This document shows, one piece after another, positions 35,056 through 47,100 of a DNA stretch of 64,000 bases. The number at the start of each line of letters is the position of its first letter. Position 1 is the first letter of the stretch. The position numbers and the translations under genes were made by a program. The stretch comes from a virus. The notes under the pieces were generated by a model. The model ran no database searches. It saw nothing but the letters and a program-made list of their open reading frames with translations, and was not told the DNA's origin. The stretch lies in IMG/VR virus record IMGVR_UViG_3300045972_000140, positions 1-64,000 of that record. One strand, given 5' to 3'.

Positions 35056-36903
35056 TTATTTAAGTATATTGTTTAAACCACTATCTAACGATACAGGAAC
35101 ATTTAATAATGTAGCCGATGATGTCGAAATTTTACATAAATTGCCTGTGCCCACTAAAACAAAAGATCCCGTATTGCCGGCAATTGAGGTCCACGATGCA
35201 CTCGCCGGCAATACTATTTGAGTCCAGGTGATACCATCCGGCGAAGTGGCCGCAACGTTAGAAGATGAAGCTGCACAAAATAAAGATCCGTTCCAGGCGA
35301 CTGAAACCCACGTCGCCGAAGACGGTAATGTCGAATATGACCAATTAATACCGTTTGTTGATGTAAACGCCAATTGCCCGCTATTAGATACGCCGCAAAA
35401 AATAGTTCCGTTTGATGTTATTGCAGCCAATCCATTATAAGGAAGACTGTACGCTAACCAGTTAATACCATCAGTTGATACTGCAATATCTTTGGTGCCT
35501 TGAGTTATAGCACAAAGAGTTGTTCCTTTTGCCGATATACCATTCCATACCACAGAATTACCTATCGACCGTATAGTCCATGCAATACCGTCTGGAGACG
35601 TTGCCATACTAGAAGAGCTTTGTATTATCACACAAAATAAAGATCCATTCCACGCAATTGCTTTCCAATTAAACGATTGTGGCATTGTTCGTGCTGTCCA
35701 AGTAATACCATCTGGAGAAGTGGCGGCGGCGGTAGTATTAGATGCAATAGCACAAAATACAGATCCGTTCCATGCAATTGAGGCCCAGGTAGATGATGTT
35801 GGTAATGTTCGTGGTGTCCATGTTATGCCATCCGGGGAAGTAGCAGCCATAGTACTACCTGTTGCGATAGCACAAAAGATAGATCCGTTCCACGCTATTG
35901 CAGTCCAACTTGCCGGATATATAGACCAGGCAATGCCATCCGTAGAAACAGAGGCAAGAATACTACTCGATAAAGCGCAGAATGTTGTACCACCCGCTGC
36001 TATAGTAGTCCACGTTATTGCACCAACAGTCTGCCGTTGTGTCCAGGTAATGCCATCTGGAGAAGTAGCAGAGACAGCATTAATCTGACTAATAGCACAA
36101 AAGACGGATCCGTTCCAGGCGATCGAAGTCCACCCAGTAGTAGCAGGTAATACTCGCTGTGTCCAAGTAATACCATCTGGTGAAGTGGCTGCAATATTAT
36201 TGCTTGTCATAATAGCGCAAAATACAGATCCATTCCACGCGATTGCCTTCCAGTTAGTAGTTGCCGGTAGTGTTCGAGCTGTCCAAGTGATGCCATCTGG
36301 AGAAGTAGCGGCTATGGTGCTGGCAGAAGAGATAGCGCAGAATACAGTACCATTCCATGCGATAGCAACCCAATTAGTCGAGGCCGATAGTACTCGTTGA
36401 GTCCAGGTAATGCCATCTGGGGAGGTGGCGGCAATAGTACCTCCCGCTGCAATAGCGCAAAATACAGATCCATTCCATGCTAAATCGTTCCAACTGGCAG
36501 AAACTGGCATTGCTCGCTGAGTCCACGTAATTCCATCTGGGGAGGTGGCAGCGTTGGCGCTAGATTGAGCTATGGCACAAAATACAGATCCATTCCAAGA
36601 TATTACTTGCCAGTTTCCTGCTACCGGTAATGTTTGCGCTGTCCAATTAATGCCGTTTGGCGAAGTAGCAGCCACGGTGCTGCCGCCAGCAGCTACTGCA
36701 CAAAATTTTGTTCCGTTCCATACAAGACTTCGCCAAGCGGAGGCGGATGGCATATTCACAGGAATAGATGTTTTGTAATCATTACCCGATGGTAAAAAAT
36801 TAGCAAGTTGTGGATTAGTCGACTTGCCTGCACTAGTAACACTCGGTGTAACTCTGGTGCCAGTTAATGTAGGCACCTGAACTGCTGATAAATTAACAGT
36901 CAT
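35056..36903 (-). CDS. Beta-propeller-like repeat protein, paralogue of 30683-35047
   Basis: Same ~40-aa repeat and similar termini. Confidence 0.8.
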   Translation of the reverse strand: MTVNLSAVQVPTLTGTRVTPSVTSAGKSTNPQLANFLPSGNDYKTSIPVNMPSASAWRSLVWNGTKFCAVAAGGSTVAATSPNGINWTAQTLPVAGNWQVISWNGSVFCAIAQSSANAATSPDGITWTQRAMPVSASWNDLAWNGSVFCAIAAGGTIAATSPDGITWTQRVLSASTNWVAIAWNGTVFCAISSASTIAATSPDGITWTARTLPATTNWKAIAWNGSVFCAIMTSNNIAATSPDGITWTQRVLPATTGWTSIAWNGSVFCAISQINAVSATSPDGITWTQRQTVGAITWTTIAAGGTTFCALSSSILASVSTDGIAWSIYPASWTAIAWNGSIFCAIATGSTMAATSPDGITWTPRTLPTSSTWASIAWNGSVFCAIASNTTAAATSPDGITWTARTMPQSFNWKAIAWNGSLFCVIIQSSSSMATSPDGIAWTIRSIGNSVVWNGISAKGTTLCAITQGTKDIAVSTDGINWLAYSLPYNGLAAITSNGTIFCGVSNSGQLAFTSTNGINWSYSTLPSSATWVSVAWNGSLFCAASSSNVAATSPDGITWTQIVLPASASWTSIAGNTGSFVLVGTGNLCKISTSSATLLNVPVSLDSGLNNILK

Positions 36904-36904
36904 T

Positions 36905-39900
36905 TTAGATCAACTTCCAGTTTGTATTATAGGAATTGTACATTAAGTTTATTGCAGAACCAGACACATTTATCGATAATCCTGTTGCATCAAACTCAAC
37001 TGTGTGCCCTCCGCTTGCTGCAATCAGAACAGCATTAATGCTACATTTATTCGTAATATCGACTAATCCAACTTTATCCCCATCTGCCGGAGATGCTGGT
37101 AGTGTAACAGTAAACGGAGCGGTTGTAGAATCCGTTCGGACCAGATCATTTACTGCCGCTGTATAGGCCGAAGTCTTAACAGATGTAATTGCTAGACCGC
37201 CGGCGGGTGCTGGTGCCCAGGTCGGAGCAGATGAACCATTGGATGTTAATACTTGACCAGTTGTACCGTTTGTTACAAAGCTTGTGGTACCTGGTGCTGA
37301 TTGATAATGAAGGTTGCCTGCACTTCCTGCCGCAATATTTGTTGCAGTGGTTGCACTCGCTACCGTGCCAGTAACGTTGGCACCAGTTAAGCTTGTTAGG
37401 CCGGAACCATTACCAGTTGGTGCAAGATAGTTAGTACCTGCAACAAAGTTAGCTGCTCTATAATCACTTGCATATGTTGAATTAGCTGCATTATCGCCGG
37501 TATTTGTGCCAGATAAGTTAGCTACTGCGGCATTGGCTAAGTTTGCATTAGCAATAGCTGTGCCATTCCACACACCAGTTGTAATTGTACCAACACTTGT
37601 TAAGCTAGACGAAACTACAGTCGAGTTAAGTGCTGTACCAGTTAGTGTACCTGCTGCTGCTGTTACTGTGCCACTTGCACCAAGTGCAATAGCTGTACCG
37701 TTTACTGTTATAGAACTATTTACAAGTTTAACATTAGCGATAGATCCTGCTAACATTGTATTCGTAACAACACTAGTACCGGTTGTATAAACACCATTTG
37801 TAACTGTACCTGCGTTACCTGTTACTGAACCACTAATTGGGTTCGTAACTGTTAAGTTAGTAAGAGTACCAACGCTTGTTAAACTAGAACTTACAACATT
37901 AGATGCTAGTGTTGTTCCAGTTAGTGCATTTGCAGAACCACCAAACGATGGTCCACCCACTGTATAGCCTAAGTACGTAGTGCCACTATCAACGGTTACT
38001 AATGTCACGAAGGTATAAACTGTTGCAGAAATAACCGGGGCGGATCCTGTAACCCAAGAAACAGATGCTGGCCAGGTAATAGTATAGTTACTCGGATTAG
38101 GCGCAATTTGCATTGCAATATTAGTCCAATATCCGGATATAGCGTTAACAAAGGAGAATGTAGTATTACCAGATAATGTGCAGGTATAGTTAGTACCATC
38201 ATCGGCAAAAGCAAGTGTTACGGCGCCCGATGCTGCTATATCAGTGGTCTTATAACCAATAGCACCGTTAGCCTTTATATAACCAGAAAGTGTTTGATCA
38301 CCGGATACACCAGTTTGCAATAGAATGTTAGCAGCCTGACCTGTATCAGAGTCGCCACCGTAGAAACGAATATCACCACCACGTGTACCACCGGTGCCTG
38401 GATCAGTATATAATCGAATCGCATTACCGGTTGATGCACGGATTAATAACGAAGACGAAACACCGGCTGGTTGCCATATAGAATTTGATCCACCTAATAT
38501 TAAACCATAACTATCAACACCTGTACCTACTTGGAATTGTCTAGATGCATCGTCATAAGTTAACCCATCGCTAAACACTGTTGTACTTGCTGCGCTCTGG
38601 AATGGAACTTGCATTGCTACACCTGCCGCAATATTTGTTGCTGTGGTTGCAGATGTTGCTGTAGGAACTGTACCTGTTACAGCAATTGTTACTGCACCAG
38701 TTGCGCCTGATACAGATATGTTTGATCCTGCAGAAACAGATGTTACGCCAGTGTTGGCAAAAGTATTGCCTGTTAAAGATAAGCCTGTACCTGCAACATA
38801 AGTACCAGATCCGCTGAATTGAGCATAAACAATCGGGTCTGTGCCAACAGTTACTACGGTTGCTGTCTCTGTCCATCCGGTGTCGGCTTGTGTTGTACCT
38901 ACCTGTACATATACCGCTTCGCCATCAAGTTGTGCTGCTGTTGCTGAATCTGTTGCACGAGTCCATGCACTAGCTGCCACCACATAAATACCGTTCTGAG
39001 ATTGAGTTGTTTGATTTTTAACAAGTATGCGATTACCTGCAACCAATGCAATACCGTCGACTGTTTGTGTTCCAGATAATGTAATGTTTGCTGTTGTTGC
39101 TGCTCTAACCGATGTCTTCCAGCTTAGACCTGCTACCGCTGCGTCAACATAATTCTTTGTTGTTGCATCTGTCCCCGATGTAGGTGATGTAAGTCCAGTA
39201 ACTGTACCAGCCGAGAATGTAAGTGTTCCGGTGATTGTGTCGCCTGCTGTATTTACCGGAGTATAACCAAGTGCAGTTGTGATGTCACCTGTTGTTACTG
39301 CGGTTGTTGCGGTTACCAAGCCCTTGCCGTTTGTTGTAATCTTTTGGAATGACGCTGTAACTGGCGAAGCATTAACTGTCGCTAATGTTGCATTCGTAAT
39401 TGCTGTACCTGTGGTGCCCGACATTGTGATATCGCCACCTGTTACAGAGATTGCACCAGACGGAATACTAACTGATGTGGTTGTAACGGCTGTTACTAAA
39501 CCTTTACCGTTTACTGTAACTTGTGGAATTTGTGTAGCAGAACCGTATGTACCTACATCGCTGTTAACTGTTGCAAGAGTTGCTGCAAATGATCCTGTAC
39601 CGGAACCTGTTACATCGCCTGTTAATGCTATCGTCTGATCGCCGGTATTTGTACCACTTAAATTTGATCCGGCTACTGTGCCAGTAGCTACTACACTAGT
39701 AGGTGTAATATTGCCTAAACTAAGCGAAATAGTACCGCTAGTTGTTACTGGACTGCCTGACACTGTTATGCCGTTGCTACCAGATGCTGCAACAGATGTA
39801 ACGGTACCGGTGTTAGTTGTATAACCAGATGGATTAGAATTGTTATATGGAGTAAATCCGAGTGCTGTTGTAACCTGTGCACTTGTTAAGCTTAATGCAC

Positions 39901-40744
39901 CACTAAGTGTAAGCGAACCGGTCGACGTTACTGTTCCAGATAATGTTAAACCACTTACCGTTCCTGTACCAACTACAGATGTAACTGTTCCTGTATTAGT
40001 TGTATATCCATCTGGATTAGTCGAATTGTATGGAGTAAATCCAAGTGCATTTGTTACATCACTTCCACTGATGCTAGAAATATAACCAGCTGGGTTAGTT
40101 GCGTTGTATGGAGTAAAAGTTAGTGCAGTTGTTACATCCGACAATGTTAGTGTAATAGCACCTTGTCTTGTATTAAAACTAGTAACACCGCCAATGACGC
40201 CACCATTTACTGTGGGTTCTACTGCAAAATCAACTACACCAGTAGCACGATTAATAGAGTAAACTATATTTGATGTTAATCCGTTATCTGCTATTCTAAC
40301 AAATTCGAAATCAGATCCTGATGACGCACCTGTCTCTGTCATACTGTTTGCTTGCATTAACCAACGATCAACACCCGATGTTTGAAAACGCAATGTTCTA
40401 TTAAGAACATCTGCATTAGATATGCTAATGCCAGTGTTAGTAAGTGTCGAAGTAGATGTTAATGCACCAGTTGATTTATTAATAACAAACTTAGCACTGC
40501 CACCAAATGTGCCGCCATCGTTGAACTGAATTTGGGTATCGGCGCCACCGGGCGTAATTGCTCCACTCATCCAAGAAACATTAGTTCCGTTTGTTACCAG
40601 CAGTTTGCCGGCCTGTCCTGCCTGCGCCGGCAATAACGCATTTATTGCTGTAGGTGCAGTGGTTTGTCCGGTACCGCCAAGAGCAATAGGAATGGGACCA
40701 CCATTTGATTGAACTAAAATATTACCAGCTAGTTGTACGCCCAT
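36905..40744 (-). CDS. Tail fibre-like protein
   Basis: Thr/Gly/Ser-rich; shares GGTGQTTAPTAINALLP N-module and WK.SV.AATTANITLSG module with neighbours. Confidence 0.75.
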   Translation of the reverse strand: MGVQLAGNILVQSNGGPIPIALGGTGQTTAPTAINALLPAQAGQAGKLLVTNGTNVSWMSGAITPGGADTQIQFNDGGTFGGSAKFVINKSTGALTSTSTLTNTGISISNADVLNRTLRFQTSGVDRWLMQANSMTETGASSGSDFEFVRIADNGLTSNIVYSINRATGVVDFAVEPTVNGGVIGGVTSFNTRQGAITLTLSDVTTALTFTPYNATNPAGYISSISGSDVTNALGFTPYNSTNPDGYTTNTGTVTSVVGTGTVSGLTLSGTVTSTGSLTLSGALSLTSAQVTTALGFTPYNNSNPSGYTTNTGTVTSVAASGSNGITVSGSPVTTSGTISLSLGNITPTSVVATGTVAGSNLSGTNTGDQTIALTGDVTGSGTGSFAATLATVNSDVGTYGSATQIPQVTVNGKGLVTAVTTTSVSIPSGAISVTGGDITMSGTTGTAITNATLATVNASPVTASFQKITTNGKGLVTATTAVTTGDITTALGYTPVNTAGDTITGTLTFSAGTVTGLTSPTSGTDATTKNYVDAAVAGLSWKTSVRAATTANITLSGTQTVDGIALVAGNRILVKNQTTQSQNGIYVVAASAWTRATDSATAAQLDGEAVYVQVGTTQADTGWTETATVVTVGTDPIVYAQFSGSGTYVAGTGLSLTGNTFANTGVTSVSAGSNISVSGATGAVTIAVTGTVPTATSATTATNIAAGVAMQVPFQSAASTTVFSDGLTYDDASRQFQVGTGVDSYGLILGGSNSIWQPAGVSSSLLIRASTGNAIRLYTDPGTGGTRGGDIRFYGGDSDTGQAANILLQTGVSGDQTLSGYIKANGAIGYKTTDIAASGAVTLAFADDGTNYTCTLSGNTTFSFVNAISGYWTNIAMQIAPNPSNYTITWPASVSWVTGSAPVISATVYTFVTLVTVDSGTTYLGYTVGGPSFGGSANALTGTTLASNVVSSSLTSVGTLTNLTVTNPISGSVTGNAGTVTNGVYTTGTSVVTNTMLAGSIANVKLVNSSITVNGTAIALGASGTVTAAAGTLTGTALNSTVVSSSLTSVGTITTGVWNGTAIANANLANAAVANLSGTNTGDNAANSTYASDYRAANFVAGTNYLAPTGNGSGLTSLTGANVTGTVASATTATNIAAGSAGNLHYQSAPGTTSFVTNGTTGQVLTSNGSSAPTWAPAPAGGLAITSVKTSAYTAAVNDLVRTDSTTAPFTVTLPASPADGDKVGLVDITNKCSINAVLIAASGGHTVEFDATGLSINVSGSAINLMYNSYNTNWKLI

Positions 40745-40818
40745 ATTATGTCTCCAAAGAGTTATTAGATTGAAAGTTATTGTTATTTATCCGATATTTA
40801 AAAATATCAAGTTACAGT

Positions 40819-40852
40819 CAAGAAAATAGGCACTGAAGTGCCTATTTTCTTG
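40819..40852. terminator. Intrinsic terminator-like hairpin
   Basis: CAAGAAAATAGGCAC-TGAA-GTGCCTATTTTCTTG perfect inverted repeat. Confidence 0.8.
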
Positions 40853-40865
40853 TAGTTAAAAAGTA

Positions 40866-43800
40866 TTAGGTTATTGCTGTACCAGAGATAATCCAAGTAG
40901 TTGCTGCTATTTTAAGGATGGTAGCAAACCCGTATGTACCTACTGTTCTGCTGCCTGTTGTACCAGCGCCTGCCAAGTACAATGTATCAGAAGTGATAGC
41001 AATTGTGCATGGTGTTGAGCTTTGATTTACAAAGCTGATCGCTGTACCAATTGGATATGCAACCGATGAGTTTGCAGGAATAGTGTAGGTTTGGCCACCG
41101 GATGCGGTATAAATGTGCTTTCCGGAATCGCTCAATCCTAATGTTGTTGTGCCTGTTACACGCTGTGGAACTTCAAGATATCCAACAGTGTATGAACCAG
41201 CGCCTGCTACAGGCACAGATGTCATTGCACCAGCTGCCGTAACTGTAGTGAAGGACGGAGTCAATGTGGTTGCAATTGTAACTGCACCTGTTGCACCCGA
41301 TACGGTAATATTTGTACCGGCTACCGCACTTGATACGCCGCCGGCGCCACCTGCTGCCCAAGTTGGTACACCGGCTGCTAAAGTTAATACGTAGCCATTT
41401 GTACCGGCTGCTAACATTGTTGTTGCGCCTGGACCTGTTTGGTATGCAATAGAACCTGCTGCACCACCTGCAAGATTAGTTGCTGCGCCGGCTGTTAAAC
41501 TCGATGCTGTACCTGTTAGTCCCGTACCTGGTCCTGTGAATTGAGTGGATGCAGTAAATGTAGTACCAGTGTATGCATTTGCTACATTAAGTGCATTAGC
41601 TGTGCCAACGGTTAAACTTGCTGCTGTGCCTGTAAGATTTGTTCCAGCAAATGTAGGTGCTGCTACTAAACCAATAGTGACTGCACCTGTTGCACTTGAT
41701 ACAGAAATATTTGTACCTGCTACATTAGATGTTACGCCGGCATTAGAAATTATATTACCGGCTATAGAAATACCTGTACCTGCCGTAAACGAGCCACCAC
41801 CTGTAAATTGTGCAAATACAATATTAGATGATCCAATTGTTGGATTAGCAGTTGTTTGTGTCCAACCTGTATCTAAGTTTATAGAACCGTTTGTAACATA
41901 CAAAGACGCATTACTTAATTCTGCAGATGTATTTGCATCAGTGGAACGACTCCAGGCACCGGATGCTGCAATATAGATACCATTTTGTGTTTGATTTGTT
42001 TGATTCTTAACTAAAACACGATCGCCTGCTAATGTTGTATATGTATCGATTGCCTGTAAACCGGACAATGTAATGTTTGCCGTTGTTGCCACTGCTGCCG
42101 ATGCTTTCCATTCTAAGCCAGCAACTGCATTATCGACATAATTCTTGTTGGCAGCGTCAGACGCATTTGTCGGATCAGGTAAGCCTGTAACTGTATGAGT
42201 ACCATCCATTGTAATAGTACCGGTCATTGAGCCACCAGTTAACAATAGATTAGATGATGCTGCGCCAGTTAATGCGCCAACAAATGTAGTCGATGTGACA
42301 GAAGTTAAACCAGCTAATGTAGTATGTGTACTACCAAGTGCAAAAGCAGTAGAACCTATTGTTACTGAACTGTTTGTTAGTGAACTGTTTGGAATATTAG
42401 AGATTGTAGCAGAGTTTGACCATGCTGCAGGTGCTCCTGCTCCTGCACTTACAAAAACTTGTCCTGCTGCGCCGACTGAGCCATTAACTGCAACAGAACC
42501 ATCTGTATTTATTGCAAGCCAATCTGTAAATACTGTCGATGTACCTGTTGACAAATATAATGCAGTATCAGATATCATTCTTAGTGGCTGACTTGTACCT
42601 GCTTCTACTAATGCAACACCTGTACCGCCCACTGTTAAAATGTTTACAGCCGGATCATATGTTAATGTAGAATATGTTGACGAACTTGTTCCTGTACCGT
42701 ATACGATCTGATTTGCTGGGTATGCCGGTGTGTGCGGGACTTGCCAAGTTGGTGCAGCACTAGGACCATTAGATGTTAATACATATAATGATGTACCCGG
42801 TGCAATATACGAAGTTGTATCTGCTGCAGACTGGTATGGTAGATAACCGATTGCGCCGCCGGCAATATTCGTTGATGTTGTTGTGCTTGTGGCAGAACTT
42901 GCCGTTGCTGCATTACCAGAAATACTAATGTTCCATGTTCCGGATGCATTTGTACCTGTTGTAGATGGCGCACCTATTGTATTATAAGAAATTGTTGTTG
43001 CGCTGCCACCATTAAACGATGATGGACTTGCTGCGCCAGTACCTGCGTTATTAAATGTTACTGCATTAATAACACTTGCTGAGCTGCCGTTAACTGAACC
43101 TGTAATTGTTCCTGTAACTGTTAAGTTTGCAAGTGTACCAACACTTGTTAAGCTTGATGTAACAATATTGGATGCTAATGTTGTTCCTGTTAGTGTGTTT
43201 GCTGCGCCAGATGCCGGTGTTGTCCAGGTTGGGATAGATGCACCGTTAGATGTTAACACTTGCCCGGATGTACCATTTGCAAGGAATGCAGTTGTATTTG
43301 TACCAGATTGGTACACAATATTGCCGGCGGCACCGCCATTAAGCGCAGTTGCTTTAGCAGCGGTTCCGTTAATAGAACCAACAATTGTTCCCGTAACTGT
43401 TAAGTTAGCTAATGTACCAACACTTGTTAAGCTAGACGAAACTACATTAGACGCTAATGTAGTGCCGGTTAGTGAGCCGGCACTAGCCGAAGTTGATATA
43501 GCCGTACCATTTACTGTAGGAGTTGTTTTAAAATCAAATACACCGGTGGCGCGGTTAACGCTATAAACTATATTTGATGTTAATCCATTATCTGCTACAC
43601 GAACAAATTCGAAATTAGATCCAGTATTTGAACCAACTTCGACGTTGTTGTTTACTTGAGATAACCAGCGATCGCTGCCTAGTGTTTGATAACTAAGTGT
43701 TCTATATAGTTCAGCTGAATTAGATATAATAAGGCCGGCATTAGTAAGTGTCGATGTAGATGTTATAGCGCCCGTCGATTTATTGATAACAAGAAATGCA

Positions 43801-44048
43801 TTACCACCAAACGTACCAGCGTCATTATATTGGATCATTGTATCTGACCCACCCGGAGTCATTACTACCGAATTCCAGAAAACATCAGTTCCGTTTGTTA
43901 CTAAGATCTTACCAGACTGATTAGACTGTGTAGGCAATAGTGCGTTAATTGCTGTTGGTGCTGTGGTTTGACCAGTACCACCCATGCTAATGGGTAACGC
44001 CTCGCCTTGTGATGATGCTAATATATTACCTGCGATTGTTACTGCCAT
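40866..44048 (-). CDS. Tail fibre-like protein
   Basis: N-terminal ~180 aa paralogous to 36905-40744 and 60747-61535. Confidence 0.75.
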   Translation of the reverse strand: MAVTIAGNILASSQGEALPISMGGTGQTTAPTAINALLPTQSNQSGKILVTNGTDVFWNSVVMTPGGSDTMIQYNDAGTFGGNAFLVINKSTGAITSTSTLTNAGLIISNSAELYRTLSYQTLGSDRWLSQVNNNVEVGSNTGSNFEFVRVADNGLTSNIVYSVNRATGVFDFKTTPTVNGTAISTSASAGSLTGTTLASNVVSSSLTSVGTLANLTVTGTIVGSINGTAAKATALNGGAAGNIVYQSGTNTTAFLANGTSGQVLTSNGASIPTWTTPASGAANTLTGTTLASNIVTSSLTSVGTLANLTVTGTITGSVNGSSASVINAVTFNNAGTGAASPSSFNGGSATTISYNTIGAPSTTGTNASGTWNISISGNAATASSATSTTTSTNIAGGAIGYLPYQSAADTTSYIAPGTSLYVLTSNGPSAAPTWQVPHTPAYPANQIVYGTGTSSSTYSTLTYDPAVNILTVGGTGVALVEAGTSQPLRMISDTALYLSTGTSTVFTDWLAINTDGSVAVNGSVGAAGQVFVSAGAGAPAAWSNSATISNIPNSSLTNSSVTIGSTAFALGSTHTTLAGLTSVTSTTFVGALTGAASSNLLLTGGSMTGTITMDGTHTVTGLPDPTNASDAANKNYVDNAVAGLEWKASAAVATTANITLSGLQAIDTYTTLAGDRVLVKNQTNQTQNGIYIAASGAWSRSTDANTSAELSNASLYVTNGSINLDTGWTQTTANPTIGSSNIVFAQFTGGGSFTAGTGISIAGNIISNAGVTSNVAGTNISVSSATGAVTIGLVAAPTFAGTNLTGTAASLTVGTANALNVANAYTGTTFTASTQFTGPGTGLTGTASSLTAGAATNLAGGAAGSIAYQTGPGATTMLAAGTNGYVLTLAAGVPTWAAGGAGGVSSAVAGTNITVSGATGAVTIATTLTPSFTTVTAAGAMTSVPVAGAGSYTVGYLEVPQRVTGTTTLGLSDSGKHIYTASGGQTYTIPANSSVAYPIGTAISFVNQSSTPCTIAITSDTLYLAGAGTTGSRTVGTYGFATILKIAATTWIISGTAIT

Positions 44049-44114
44049 GTTATGTCTCCGATGAAGTTAGTGTTATTTATCAACAAATCTTGTATTGCTT
44101 TTGTTATCTTATGA

Positions 44115-47100
44115 TTAGTTAGTGGGGAACGGTCCTGTCGGTACAGCAAACGAGCTAACATATCGACCAACGCCTTTTGTAATTCTTAAGTCGTCTATGG
44201 AACCGTTAAAGAATGAACCATTAGCTGTATTTGCATCAACACCAAGTGCAGGACGATTGACGCCATTGACATATGTGGTTGCATCTGTCCACGGTGACCC
44301 TTCTTGAATTCCATTTACAAACAGTCTTGTGACACCAGACACCCTAGATACTGCAACAAAATTCCAGGTGTTTGCTGCCAAGGCAGTGGTACTTGCAATC
44401 TGAATAGTTGCATTTACATAAACTTGAATAGTTTGTGTTGTAGTTTTCCATAGTGTAAGACCTGCGTATGTTGCTGTGCCAGCTGGTCGTGAATCATATA
44501 ATCCATATTGAGTTCCTGTTGCTCCTGCATTAAACCAGAACTCAACCGTGTAATCACCTGTACCGAATGCAAAGTTAGGGTTTGTACCAGGAACATATGC
44601 ATAGTCAGTAGAACCATTTAGTGCCAAGGCGCCGTTGCCAAATTTGGAATTAGATCCAACTTGTGCCGAGCCAACTAACATAAGATCGCTACCACCAACA
44701 TTATCAATGATACCACCATTAGTACCATTTAATAACAGTGCAGTACCGGAGATTGCGGTAAGAGGGGCAGTCGGTAGTGCAAATGACGACCCAGTGTAGA
44801 CTGCTGTACCGTTTACTACTCGAGCATTTGAAATATAACCGTTCCAGAAGGTAGCTGTGCCACGGTTACATAATCCAACTTGCATAGTCGGGTAAGTGTT
44901 AAGGATAGTATTGGTAGCACTTTGTACAGAGAGAACACCGTTTACATATGTAGACCATAGGCCACCGGTTCTTGTAACTGCTACGTGATTCCACGAATTT
45001 AAATAAATTAAGTCCGGTCCGGCCCACGATGCTGCGCCGCTGCCTCCGTTGGTAAAGAGTCTAATAGTAGTGCTATTCCCAGTTGTAGGTGTAGCAACAA
45101 TTTCAAATGCGTCAGAATTAGACGCAATGATTGCACAAGCCTGGGACGGACCAGTAAACGATAATGGATAAACCCACGCCTCAACTGTACAATCGTTCCC
45201 GGCAGATATATTCAGTGTACTACTAGCAGATACAGGTGTGGACAAATAATCAGTGCTACCATTAAATAACATTGATCCACTATTTGTTGAGGTGGAGTAT
45301 GAACTTGATACAGCAAATGGTGTAGCTGCTTGTATGGATGGTGTACCTGTTGCAGTAAGTGCAAAATTATTAGCACTGTTATCAACGAAACGGTTATTTT
45401 GCAATGTTAAAAGTGCTGTATTAGTAATAGCGGATAATGGCGATGTTGGTACAGTAAAGTTAGATGTATAAACTGCGGTGCCTTTGACGACACGTAGGTT
45501 GGAAATGTAACCTGCAAAGAAATGTGCATTAGCTGCATCTGTGTACAATCTACCGATAGTTGGCGCGGCAGCAGATGTTAAATTGTACACAACAGATGTA
45601 GATGCTGAGTTAACACCATTTACATAAAGAGTAGTTGTACCGGATAATCGAGCTGCCGCTAAATGAACCCACGTATTTGCCGAAACAGGATTTGCAGATA
45701 TTACCCCAGTACCTGTAGCAGATGTACCCAGATATACTTGTGGTTTTAAATCTGATCCCATTATTATAGCAGCGAATGTGTTAGTAGTAACTGTAGCATT
45801 GCCGCCGGTGCTATAAACTCCGGCAACCGTTAGTGCAGTCACATATACCCAGGCTTCGATTGTAAAATCTGCTGTACCTAGCACAAAAGCAGCATTGGCA
45901 GGAAGAGCTAGATAATCTGTGGTACCGTTAAAGTAACCACTCCATCCATTTTGGTCGAACGGACTGAATGTACCTTGTATTGGTGTACCAGTTGGTGTAA
46001 TTACCGATGTGTTAAGACTGCTATCTAAGAATAAATTGTTCTTAGAAACATTTTGTGTAACAGATTGAATATCACCTTGTAACAATAGCGCATTGTATTG
46101 GAAATATGGGTCAGTTGTGCCATTGTTTGGTAATGCTGCTGTAGGTGCAGTAAAGTTAGAAGTATAACGTGCAATACCGTTTGTGATGCGGAGGTCATCG
46201 ATATAACCGACAAATGCGGTCGCCCACCTTTGTGCCCATCCTACTGTCAGTAATCCAGTTGAATCTGTAATATTAGCCGATACGCCTGTAAATGTTCCGC
46301 AGGCTGTGCCATTGCAATACCAAGTCAATGTTGTACCATTTCTAACTATTGCCCAGTGTTCCCATACATTTGCAGTAGGTGTCACCGTAGATGCATAATC
46401 AGTAGCCACTGTACGGAAAGAATATGAGTTAATATTCGATGCTGTATTTCGATATATTATCCAACCAGTGGATGCATCGTTGAGCTTCTGACCGATACCG
46501 GCGCCGTTGCTAGATGTCCACGCACCAGTGAAATATTGTTGCCACTCGACTGTAAAGTTACCTGTACCAAAATTAGCAAAGCCAGTATTTGGCGCTGTTA
46601 GATAGCCGCTACCATCAAAATACATAGAACCTGTACCAAATTTAACTTGCGTAGTTGATGTAGTAGCTGTGCTTACAGTTGTAAGATTAATCTTACCTGT
46701 TCCATCAATGATACCAGAACCTGCAGCATTCAATAACAATGCCGTATTACCTGTAATTGCTAATGGTGCTGTAGGCGGAATAAAATTAGCTTTATATAAT
46801 GCAGTTCCGTTAACAAGCCTTGCATTAGATACATAACCAGAAAAATATGTTATGCCTGTAATGTTCTGTGGATCGGTACCAATTTTGAAGTTAGCACCTG
46901 CAGTAATTGTACCCGCTAATGCACCAGTACCTACGCTTAGTCCGTCAACGTAAACAGTTGCAGTTGATCCACTTCTAACCAATGCAATGTGGTGCCACAC
47001 ATTTGTTGTATACGTACCGGATGATTGTGTTATAGAATAAGCAGTAGTTCCTGCAGATCCTACTGCTGCAATAATATTGGCCGAGCCATTACTACGCTGT

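Noticed and set aside
30683-36903. CRISPR array or DGR suggested by ~120-nt nucleotide repeats
   Set aside because: The repeats are in-frame coding repeats with synonymous variation. There are no unique spacers, cas genes or reverse transcriptase in the window.
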